From Candidatus Omnitrophota bacterium (lineage in GTDB: Bacteria > Omnitrophota > Gorgyraeia > Gygaellales > Profunditerraquicolaceae): a stretch of DNA of 64,000 nt. Every line of letters starts with the position of its first letter. The first letter of the stretch is position 1. Below, piece by piece: positions 53,637 through 61,929 of this stretch. The DNA lies in contig VGKG01000001.1 in the NCBI GenBank assembly GCA_016867115.1, forward strand, positions 109,403-173,402. The letters are read 5' to 3'. The notes below the pieces were generated by a model. It was not told where the DNA came from, did not search any database, and saw only the letters and a program-made list of their open reading frames with translations. The position numbers and the translations under genes are program-made.

Positions 53637-53714
53637 TTAGCTCTTGGCTATCAGCTCTTGGCTCTTAGCAAAGGCTTTTACCGCGGGCTATGAGCCATGA
53701 GCAATGAACTACTA
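53637..53714. repeat. inverted pair of heptamer arrays filling the GH57-uppS junction
   Basis: tcttggc tatcagc tcttggc tcttagc ... gctatga gccatga gcaatga. Confidence 0.85.
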
Positions 53715-55292
53715 CTGATGTACTCGGTAATCTATTCCGGGAAAGATGTTATCTCTGTATTCGATATCGGAAAGCCAGCCGTTGTCAATGGAATCAGACT
53801 TTATATCCTCATAAAGGCGGTTGAACCTGAGGAGATGGTCTTTGGTGCGGCGTACCGCGTAGTTCACGTGCGTGCCGGTCCCCATGATAAAAGCCCAGTC
53901 AGAGCTTTGCGCAAGCAGAAGCTCGCGCAGCGCCTGATTCAGGGCGCGCGCCTTCAGGCCGTCGGCATGCGGATAGCTTCTGGCCAGCTCCGTCATCTTG
54001 GCGGAGGCTTCATGCAGATGCCGGTAGATCCAGTCATTGGAACCCTGCAGCCACATCTCGCTGTAACCCTTCCAGCCCCAGCTGGAGAGGCTGGGAGTGA
54101 TCACCTGATTTCGGGGATTCTCCGCCAGATACTCCGAAGGCGTGATCAGGCGGATCTCATCCTGATCGCAGGCAATCTTGCGGATAAGGAAATTAAGCCA
54201 CTGCGGGCCCTCATACCACCAGTGGCCGAATAACTCGGCGTCATAAGGCGATACGAGCAGTGGCTTCTTCTGCATGAAGTCATTAAGATATTCCACCTGC
54301 TTCTGGCGGTTGAACATGAAATTTCCCGCATGTTCCGCCGCCCTCTCGGTCGCCCACTGGGGCACGTAAGGCTCCTTATGGTCGGTGGTGCCGGTGATAC
54401 GGAAATATTTTATGCCGGTGTTAATCCTGACCCCGTCGGGATGGATATAGGGCCGGATATAATCGTATTCCAGGTCAAAGCCGATATCGCGGTAAAACTC
54501 GCGGTAATTGTAGTCTCCGGGATAGCCTTCTATCGATGACCAGACCTGTTTAGAAGATTCAAGATCCCTGGCAAAACAGGCGACTCCCGTGCCCTTGCAA
54601 TAGACCGGGGCAAAGACCCCGTATTTCGGCCGCGGCGTTCCGTGCAGCACGCCGTGAGAATCGGTGAAGAAAAACTTTATGCCTGCCTCTTTCAGGATCT
54701 CGTCCTGCCCCGGCTGATATCCGCATTCTGGAAGCCAGATGCCGCGCGGCCTCCTTCCGAAAAGGCTCTCGTAGTGGCTGGCCGCCACCTTTACCTGGGC
54801 CCGGACAGATTCGCGGCAGACATCCATGAGCGGAAAATATCCGTGGGTGGCGCCGCAGGTGATGATCTCAAGCTTCCCCAGGTCCTGGAATTTCTTAAAG
54901 GCAAGGGCCAGATTCCGGCCGTATTTCTCGAAGGTGTCGCGCGCCTTGCAGAACTGGTTCAGGTAATGAATCGCCAGGTGCTGGAACTGCGGCTGCCAGC
55001 TGGTACGCTCGATCTCCTTATGCGAAAGCTCGATCAGCTTATTGATGTGATTAAGATAGCGCTCCTCAAGGAGCGGATCAGCCAGCATCGAGGAGAGCGT
55101 AGGGCTTAAGGTCATGGTCAGGCGGAAATCTACGCCGTCCTCACACAGCTTTTCAAAGACCTGGATCAGGGGGATGTAGGTCTCGGTGATCCCCTCATAA
55201 AGCCAGTCCTCTTCCAGAAAATCTTCATGTTCCGGGTGACGCACAAACGGCAGATGCCCGTGGAGCACCAGACACAAATATCCTTTATGCAT
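53712..55292 (-). CDS. GH57 glycogen branching enzyme (DUF1957 C-terminus)
   Basis: HGHLP, ETYIP, GIWLPECG, PYDAELFGHWW and AQSSDW. Confidence 0.9.
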   Translation of the reverse strand: MHKGYLCLVLHGHLPFVRHPEHEDFLEEDWLYEGITETYIPLIQVFEKLCEDGVDFRLTMTLSPTLSSMLADPLLEERYLNHINKLIELSHKEIERTSWQPQFQHLAIHYLNQFCKARDTFEKYGRNLALAFKKFQDLGKLEIITCGATHGYFPLMDVCRESVRAQVKVAASHYESLFGRRPRGIWLPECGYQPGQDEILKEAGIKFFFTDSHGVLHGTPRPKYGVFAPVYCKGTGVACFARDLESSKQVWSSIEGYPGDYNYREFYRDIGFDLEYDYIRPYIHPDGVRINTGIKYFRITGTTDHKEPYVPQWATERAAEHAGNFMFNRQKQVEYLNDFMQKKPLLVSPYDAELFGHWWYEGPQWLNFLIRKIACDQDEIRLITPSEYLAENPRNQVITPSLSSWGWKGYSEMWLQGSNDWIYRHLHEASAKMTELARSYPHADGLKARALNQALRELLLAQSSDWAFIMGTGTHVNYAVRRTKDHLLRFNRLYEDIKSDSIDNGWLSDIEYRDNIFPGIDYRVHQ

Positions 55293-55329
55293 TTTTTAAC
55301 CTGGTTGATTGGGGGGTTAACAATTGATT

Positions 55330-56346
55330 TTACGCCTTGACCAGAATGCTGCTTTTGGTCTCTCGGGAGACTATCGGGGTGATGACCCGCTCTTCGATCT
55401 TGTCGCTAGAGACGCCTTTTACCGGGATCACCTGCTTCCCGTCGGGAAGGGCGAACCTGAGGCTGAAGGTCCCGTCAGGCCTTAACTTGATCTCCTTATC
55501 CTGGACGGTGACTGTGGCGTCCGGCTCAGTGGCGCCGTAGACGATCAGCTCGCAGTTCACCACCATCCAGAACTTCCGCTCCTTCGGCACTTTTTTCACC
55601 GGGCTTGCCATAGAGGCCATGCCGGGTGAAGCAAAGACGCCGGAGAAGAGCGCTCTCTTTACCCTTTCCTGCCACGCCTTGCCTACGGGCGAACTCTGGC
55701 CCAGGCCAAAGCCCATGCCGTAGAGGCGGGCGAACATATCCTCCGGGATCATCCATTCTTCGTCAGTGATCCAGGAGGGGCCTTCGATAGGGGTATGCGC
55801 GACATTAGAGCGCACGATGGTGATGAATCTTCCGTCGGGTAAAAGGAGCCCGTAATCCACGATCCAGGACTTGCCTGACCCGCCTGCGTCGATGTACCAG
55901 TTATTGGTATGCTCTGAAACAAAGATATCGAAATAACGGTGGGCATTTGAGCCGTTAAAATTTATCTGGCTTACGTCATAGACGCGCAGTGTCCGTTTTG
56001 CACGGTAGAAACTCTCGCCGAGCTCCGACTTAAACCGGTCGAATGTCTGGCCCCTTACCTCCCAGTAGGTGTGCAGCCACCAGGGGTCGCGCACCTGCAG
56101 GACGATCCTGTCCCGGTCATACTGGGAGGGAAGCTCCGTGGGCATCTCGCGCCTGGGCCGGGGTGCGATCTCCGGCTGGAAGAACTTTGCCTTCTCAACC
56201 ATTGTCTCGCGCTCGCCCATTATTTCTCTCTTCTCTTCTTCGGGCGGGGCAGACTTCTTAGCCGGTTTAGGCAGCTTTGCTTTGAGATTGATCTCTTTCT
56301 TAGCCAGTTCCCTGATCTTATCTTTGATCTTACGTATGATCGCCAT
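55330..56346 (-). CDS. DUF4912-domain protein
   Basis: LQVRDPWWLHTYWE, LRVYDV, RSN and ELIVYGATEPDA. Confidence 0.85.
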   Translation of the reverse strand: MAIIRKIKDKIRELAKKEINLKAKLPKPAKKSAPPEEEKREIMGERETMVEKAKFFQPEIAPRPRREMPTELPSQYDRDRIVLQVRDPWWLHTYWEVRGQTFDRFKSELGESFYRAKRTLRVYDVSQINFNGSNAHRYFDIFVSEHTNNWYIDAGGSGKSWIVDYGLLLPDGRFITIVRSNVAHTPIEGPSWITDEEWMIPEDMFARLYGMGFGLGQSSPVGKAWQERVKRALFSGVFASPGMASMASPVKKVPKERKFWMVVNCELIVYGATEPDATVTVQDKEIKLRPDGTFSLRFALPDGKQVIPVKGVSSDKIEERVITPIVSRETKSSILVKA

Positions 56347-56364
56347 CTTTCCCTCCCGCGCTAA

Positions 56365-56394
56365 TTAAAAAAGGGGAATTATCCCCTTTTTTAA
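56365..56394. terminator. intrinsic terminator-like hairpin, potentially bidirectional
   Basis: ttaaaaaagggga-ATTA-tccccttttttaa, with U-tracts on both strands. Confidence 0.65.
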
Positions 56395-56432
56395 GAACCT
56401 TTAAGCGTTCTTTGCTCTCCTTCAGTTCATGC

Positions 56433-56816
56433 TTATCTTTTCTGCTGTTTCGGCTTGCTGACCAGGGCCTCTTTAAGATCCTCTTCCAGGGCCTCTTTAA
56501 GCTTGGTCAATTTATCCATCTCTTCTTTCAGGCTCTGGCTTACCATCTGTTCCTGAGTCAGGGCTTTCCTGGCCGCTTCGTGGGCTGCCTTTTCATCCTG
56601 CAGCTCTTTTTCCTTGGCCTTGATCTTTTCTTCCAGGACCATTTTATCCTGGGAGGACTTGCTCAGCTTCTCTTCGGCGTCCAGCCTCTTGGACATCTCG
56701 GATTCGCGGATGGACAGGAGCTTGCGCTTCTCGTTACAGGAACCTACTCCGAAGACCAGGGAAGTGACGGTGACGATGATCAATATAAGGATGAGCCTGT
56801 TCTTGAATGCTTCCAT
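56433..56816 (-). CDS. membrane-anchored coiled-coil protein (possible lipoprotein)
   Basis: Hydrophobic N-terminus ending VGSC, followed by an E/K-rich coiled coil. Confidence 0.7.
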   Translation of the reverse strand: MEAFKNRLILILIIVTVTSLVFGVGSCNEKRKLLSIRESEMSKRLDAEEKLSKSSQDKMVLEEKIKAKEKELQDEKAAHEAARKALTQEQMVSQSLKEEMDKLTKLKEALEEDLKEALVSKPKQQKR

Positions 56817-56838
56817 TTTTATTCTTCCTCTTTAGCTT

Positions 56839-57477
56839 CTATTTCAGGTGCGACGGTATTCTTTCCTCTCCTGCCCCGGGCTTGACTTTGGTGACCCGCG
56901 GCTGGATGACGATCTCGACCCTGCGGTTCATCTGGCGTCCCCGGACAGTATCATTGGAGGCTACGGGCTGATTCTCCCCGAAGCCGATCGCAGAGAGGCG
57001 CCCGGCGGCAACCCCTTCGTTGTCGATCATATAATGCAGCACGCTTAATGCGCGGGCAGTAGAAAGCTCCCAGTTGGATTTCCATCCCGAATGCCTGATC
57101 GGCTGATTATCGGTGTAACCTTCGATGCCGACGCTGAAATCCGCCATGTTCTCCCTTAAGACCCTGGCTACCTTGTTCAATACCGGGTAAGCCTCCTGCC
57201 TGATCTTGGCTTTTCCGGAATCAAAAAGCAGGTCTCCGACCACCGTGATCACCAAGCCCTTTTCCATCATCTCGAGCTTAACCTGTTTATCCTGGATCTC
57301 GCCGGCCAACCTCTGCTCAAGGAGCCTCTTTGCCGCTGCCAACTGCTCTAACTCCGCGGATAGTTCCTCGATCTTCTGTATATCCGAACGCCGGCCCTTC
57401 TGGAAGATAAAGGTGCAACCGGCTAAAGAAAGGGCCAGAAAAAGAATAAATACGGTTTTGATTATTTTGCCTTTCAT
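56839..57477 (-). CDS. OmpA/MotB-family peptidoglycan-binding lipoprotein
   Basis: Lipobox LAGC; LFDSG, EGYTDN, NWELSTARA and NRRVEI; start ATG 57477. Confidence 0.85.
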   Translation of the reverse strand: MKGKIIKTVFILFLALSLAGCTFIFQKGRRSDIQKIEELSAELEQLAAAKRLLEQRLAGEIQDKQVKLEMMEKGLVITVVGDLLFDSGKAKIRQEAYPVLNKVARVLRENMADFSVGIEGYTDNQPIRHSGWKSNWELSTARALSVLHYMIDNEGVAAGRLSAIGFGENQPVASNDTVRGRQMNRRVEIVIQPRVTKVKPGAGEERIPSHLK

Positions 57478-57520
57478 GCTTGCCTCCTGTGTTGGGGTTA
57501 ATAAACTTAGCGGGATTCTA

Positions 57521-57549
57521 ACTATAACACAATCAATATGTTTAGTCAA
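57521..57549 (-). promoter_or_regulatory. sigma70-type promoter of the OmpA/MotB gene
   Basis: Minus strand TTGACT-17 nt-TATAGT with TGn. Confidence 0.6.
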
Positions 57550-57554
57550 GAGGA

Positions 57555-58826
57555 TTATTTAATAAAAAGCGTATCCTTGCGGCTTGAGCCGATAGAGACT
57601 ATCGAGATCTTTGCCTTCAGGTCGTCCTTAAGGAAAGAAAGGTAGCTGCGCGCCCTTAGCGGTAAATCCTTATAATCCCTGATGCCGCTTGTACTTTCGC
57701 TCCAGCCGGGAAGCTCTTTATAAACGGGCTTTACATTCTCAAGCACCTCAAGATCATAGGGAAAGCCGCTAAATCTCTTACCTTTATATGTATAGGCAGT
57801 GCAGACCTTGACGGTCTTTAAGCCATCCAGGATATCCAGCTTCATGATCGCCAGCTCCGATATCCCGTTGATCATAATCGCCTGCCTGACCGTGACCGCA
57901 TCAAACCACCCGCAGCGCCGTGGCCGGCCTGTGGTGGCGCCGAACTCTCTTCCTTTATCGCGCATAAACTTGCCGAAATCCGCGTCAAACTCTGTGGGAA
58001 AAGGCCCCTCTCCCACGCGCGTGGTATAGGCTTTAGCCACGCCAATGACCTTATCGATCCTTACCGGAGAGACCCCTGTCCCGATACAGGCGCCGCCGGC
58101 AGTGGCTGACGAAGAAGTCACAAAAGGATAGGTCCCGAAGTCAATATCCAGATAGGTGCCCTGCGCTCCCTCAAAAAGGATCTCCCTGCCCTTTGTTACG
58201 GCACTGTTTAAAAGCAGGGCGGTATCGCAGATGTAGCTGCGAAAGACCTTGCCGTATTTCAAATATTGCGGATAGATGGAGGCAAACTCAAATCCCGGAT
58301 GCCGGTAGACCCTGCGGAAGACCTCGTTCTTCTCTGCCAGGTTATCCTTTAATTTTTCGCGCAGCGCCGCCGGGTTCAGAAGGTCGATCATCCTGATGCC
58401 GCAACGGCTGATCTTATCGGCGTAACAGGGCCCGATCCCCCGGCCGGTAGTGCCGATCTTGTGCGCCCTTTTGGTCTCACGCAACTTGTCAAGGATGCGG
58501 TGATAGGGCATGATCACATGGGCGAGGGTAGAGACTTTCAGCCTTCCGTCGATCTTTATGCCGGCCGACTTGATCGACTCAATCTCTTTCAGGAGGATCT
58601 CAGGGTCCACCACTACACCGTTACCGATACAGCAGATTTTACCTTTATGCAGGATCCCGGAAGGCATGAGATGGAATATATACTCTTTTTCTCCGGTGAC
58701 CACCGTGTGGCCGGCATTATTCCCGCCCTGATAGCGCACGATGTAATCGGCCTTCTCGGATAAGATATCGATAATCTTGCCCTTACCCTCATCACCCCAT
58801 TGCGTACCTACTAATACAACATTCAT
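57555..58826 (-). CDS. purA: adenylosuccinate synthetase
   Basis: QWGDEGKGK, GGNNAGHT, EGAQG and GATTGRPRRCGW. Confidence 0.97.
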   Translation of the reverse strand: MNVVLVGTQWGDEGKGKIIDILSEKADYIVRYQGGNNAGHTVVTGEKEYIFHLMPSGILHKGKICCIGNGVVVDPEILLKEIESIKSAGIKIDGRLKVSTLAHVIMPYHRILDKLRETKRAHKIGTTGRGIGPCYADKISRCGIRMIDLLNPAALREKLKDNLAEKNEVFRRVYRHPGFEFASIYPQYLKYGKVFRSYICDTALLLNSAVTKGREILFEGAQGTYLDIDFGTYPFVTSSSATAGGACIGTGVSPVRIDKVIGVAKAYTTRVGEGPFPTEFDADFGKFMRDKGREFGATTGRPRRCGWFDAVTVRQAIMINGISELAIMKLDILDGLKTVKVCTAYTYKGKRFSGFPYDLEVLENVKPVYKELPGWSESTSGIRDYKDLPLRARSYLSFLKDDLKAKISIVSIGSSRKDTLFIK

Positions 58827-58834
58827 ATCGGTAT

Positions 58835-58869
58835 GGGTCGATAGTCAATAGTCGATAGACTATAGACCC
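58835..58869. repeat. 35-nt heptamer-period hairpin between the purA SD and ATG
   Basis: GGGTC T ATAGTC T AT CGACT AT T GACTAT C GACCC; same family as 35504-35571. Confidence 0.85.
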
Positions 58870-58885
58870 GCCTCCTTGTCTTGAG

Positions 58886-60133
58886 TTACGGCGTCATGGT
58901 GAAGATCTTGCGCGCTATATCCGGATACGTGGCGATGAACTTCAATTCCTCATCCACTAAAGGCCTCTGGTTATGCACATTGGCGTACCTGACCAGCTCC
59001 AGTATCTTGGTCGCCTCTGCATCGTCCTTAAAAGGAACCTCCAGTTTTTCATAGACGTTCCGGAAGCCTTTGATCCCGGAATACTCGCCGGCAGTGATCT
59101 TGCGTCCGGTCTCGATTATCTCCGGCTCCCCTCTTCCCAGTTCCTCAAAGTCGTAGAGCTCGTAATTACGCCTGTCCTTGAGCGCTCCGTCGGCGTGGAT
59201 CCCGGACTCGTGCGCAAAGGCATTGGCTCCGACGCCCGGCTGGTTTATGGGTATGGGCACCCCGAAAGCGTATGAGGCATATTTGCAGATCTTCCAGCTG
59301 ACCTTCAGGTCCACCCGGTCATCCAGAAGATAATCCTGCATCCCGCTTCCGAACTTTATCGCCAGGATCACCGAGACCAGGTCTGCGTTCCCGGCGCGCT
59401 CGCCCATGCCGTTGACGCAGGTATTGATATAGGCGTCTTCGCCTGCGTCATTGGCGGCTTTTGCCCCGGCGATGGAATTGGCTACGACCATCCCCAGGTC
59501 ATTATGGCAATGCACCTCTATCGGGATCTTTACCCTCTCGGCCAGGATTTTGATCCTCTCGTAGATGGAAAAAGGCGTATCGAACCCCAGGGTATCGCAA
59601 TAACGGATGCGATCAGCTCCCGCCTCTTTAGCGGCCAGCGCAAACTCGATCAGATATTCTACGCGCGTGCGCGAGGCATCCTCGGCATTCACGCCGATCG
59701 AATCCGCGCCTTCTTTCCGCGCTTCTTTTACTGCCTCCATCATCTCCTGGATCACCGAGGCATGGTCAAGCTTGCCCTTGAACTTATGGGTGATCATCTG
59801 GTCGGAGGTTGAGATGGAAAGATTCACGTGCTTAAGATGCGGCACGAGTTTAAAGGCGTTCCTTACGTCTTCTTTGGTGGCGCGCAGCCAACCCCCGAGC
59901 CTGATGGGTTTCATTCCACCCTTCTGGACGAGTTCAAGGTTGGCGTTCAGGTAATTAGTCTCATGGCGCGTCAGCGGAAAGCCGAACTCCGACTGGAATA
60001 CCCCCATCTCATTCAGGAAGGTATTAATCATCGTCTTCTGAAGCTTGGATAAGCAGATACGCGAGGTCTGCACTCCGTCGCGGTTAGTGACGTCGATAAG
60101 ATAGGTCTTCGGTTTCTTTGCCATTTTTATCAC
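58886..60133 (-). CDS. homocitrate synthase / LeuA-family DRE-TIM acyltransferase
   Basis: DVTNRDGVQ, HCHNDLG, GMGERAGN and HESGIH. The start may be ATG 60124. Confidence 0.82.
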   Translation of the reverse strand: MIKMAKKPKTYLIDVTNRDGVQTSRICLSKLQKTMINTFLNEMGVFQSEFGFPLTRHETNYLNANLELVQKGGMKPIRLGGWLRATKEDVRNAFKLVPHLKHVNLSISTSDQMITHKFKGKLDHASVIQEMMEAVKEARKEGADSIGVNAEDASRTRVEYLIEFALAAKEAGADRIRYCDTLGFDTPFSIYERIKILAERVKIPIEVHCHNDLGMVVANSIAGAKAANDAGEDAYINTCVNGMGERAGNADLVSVILAIKFGSGMQDYLLDDRVDLKVSWKICKYASYAFGVPIPINQPGVGANAFAHESGIHADGALKDRRNYELYDFEELGRGEPEIIETGRKITAGEYSGIKGFRNVYEKLEVPFKDDAEATKILELVRYANVHNQRPLVDEELKFIATYPDIARKIFTMTP

Positions 60134-61929
60134 CTCTTCAATATTTTCTTCAGTCCTTCCTTGGTATATTCTCCCTGAACGCTGAATATCTCCCGGTTAT
60201 CCAGAAGATAAGTCGGTCCGAACAGTATCTGGAGCTCCTTGTTTAGGGCGGTGTTCTCCCTTAAGAGGGACCTGCCCTCATTGCCCCTGGCGCAGGCGCG
60301 AATCCTCTGTGCGTCAAGGCTGCCCAGGCAATCCTCCCACCAGGAGGAATTGATATTCCGCGCGCGGCAGGTCAGATATCCCCAGAAGTTTTCCGGGTAA
60401 TACTTCCGGACGCAGACCAGGCGCAGATATTCCTCTACTTCCCTTTCTCCTGCGGCTGCGGCGAACCCGCCCTTCTCCTCCTGCGCCAGGAAATGCAGCG
60501 CCGGATCAAAGCCGCGGATAGCCTCAAGCAGCTTCGGGGCGTCCTTGTCAAAAATACTGAAGAAAAGGTCCAGCCTTCCACTTATTCTCTCCCTTTTCAG
60601 GAAAAAGCTCAGGCCGCTAAACTGAGGCTTAAGCATATAATAATCGCCCCTGGGTTCAAGGTTCACCTTGAAATTGGAAAAACTCTTCCTTACCTCAACT
60701 TCTTTTCCCAGGAGATAGACCGGCAGGGCGATGATCCCCAGGTCATCTACCAGGTCTTTGGCCTTCTTCTGCGGATAATAGAGGTAAACCGGCTCTACCC
60801 CGGGAAACTGGTTCCTTAAGACCCGCAAGGCGGCACTGGTATCGCAGCTCATGCAAGAGCGGCTTGTGATTACAAGGAGGCTCACTTTTTTCTCCTCGGG
60901 AAAGGTGCAGACAGAAGACATATTGCCGGGGTTTGAGCAGGTGCCGCTATAGACATCCTTGCGGCAATCCTTGTCCGAGAAACACTGCGGGAGGATCTTG
61001 CCGATCCCGGGGTCATCCTTGATCTGGCCGGAGAGCCCGAGATCCTCTATTTTGACGTCGCTGATCTTCTTATCTTTCAATATGACGGTCGCCTTGCCCA
61101 GGTGCCTGGCCTGCCAGGTCGGCCTTAATACAAGTACCCCTTCCCTCTCGCCTGACTTCAGGCCCGGCTGCGGGTTGTGGCCTGCGATCAGGATATCTAT
61201 GCCGGGGACATCCCTGACCAGGGCATGGGACTCACTCTCATTAAGGTGCGAGAGAAGCACGATGATCTCAGCGCCCTTTTTCTTCAATTCCTGCACCGCC
61301 GCCTCTACCGCCGGCTTTGGCTCGATAAACTCTATTGACTGCGCCTTGGCCTTGACTGCGGCGTTAGTGACCGCGGTGATGCCGACCTTTACGCCCTGGA
61401 CTTCCTTAATAATAAAGGGGGCGATCTTTCCGGACTTTATATTGCAGGAAAGAAAAGCCAGCCTGCTCTTTGCGACGTTCTCTTCTAAAAACTCCATCCC
61501 GAAATTAAACTCCTCATCCCCGACTGCCACGGCGTCATACTTCATCAGCTCCATGGCCCTGAGGTTGACCAGCGTACGCTGGGTGTCTAGCTCCGTATTC
61601 TGGGTATACTCGTCAAGGTTTCCTCCGGCAAAGAACGCGCCGCTATCAAAAAGGAGCGCCTGCGGGTGCTTTTTCCTCAACTGCCTGATGAGGCTCGCCC
61701 GGCGGCTGACTCCGCCGTCCGGCTCCTTGGGGCAGTGGCAGGGATAAAGCATGGCGTGCGTCTCGCCGGTGTAGAGGATGGTGATCTCCTTGGCAGAGGC
61801 AAGCCCAATGTCAAATGTCAAATAACAAATGACAAATGAAATCCAAATGAAAAATGTCAAATGGCTTAAATGATATTTTGAAATCTGAGATTTGTCATTT
61901 GTAATTTGGAATTTGAAATTTTTTATCAT
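60130..61929 (-). CDS. exported 5'-nucleotidase-like metallophosphoesterase fused to Cys-rich and thioredoxin-like domains
   Basis: ILYTGETH, PCHC...GGVSRR, DSG, VGDEEF, LSH and IAGH; later CMSC and further paired cysteines. Confidence 0.65.
   Translation of the reverse strand: MIKNFKFQITNDKSQISKYHLSHLTFFIWISFVICYLTFDIGLASAKEITILYTGETHAMLYPCHCPKEPDGGVSRRASLIRQLRKKHPQALLFDSGAFFAGGNLDEYTQNTELDTQRTLVNLRAMELMKYDAVAVGDEEFNFGMEFLEENVAKSRLAFLSCNIKSGKIAPFIIKEVQGVKVGITAVTNAAVKAKAQSIEFIEPKPAVEAAVQELKKKGAEIIVLLSHLNESESHALVRDVPGIDILIAGHNPQPGLKSGEREGVLVLRPTWQARHLGKATVILKDKKISDVKIEDLGLSGQIKDDPGIGKILPQCFSDKDCRKDVYSGTCSNPGNMSSVCTFPEEKKVSLLVITSRSCMSCDTSAALRVLRNQFPGVEPVYLYYPQKKAKDLVDDLGIIALPVYLLGKEVEVRKSFSNFKVNLEPRGDYYMLKPQFSGLSFFLKRERISGRLDLFFSIFDKDAPKLLEAIRGFDPALHFLAQEEKGGFAAAAGEREVEEYLRLVCVRKYYPENFWGYLTCRARNINSSWWEDCLGSLDAQRIRACARGNEGRSLLRENTALNKELQILFGPTYLLDNREIFSVQGEYTKEGLKKILKR
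61806..61921. repeat. inverted heptamer arrays (CAAATGA/TCATTTG) in the 5' coding end of 60130-61929
   Basis: caaatgt caaataa caaatga caaatga...caaatga aaaatgt caaatgg ... gatttg tcatttg taatttg gaatttg aaattt. Confidence 0.9.
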
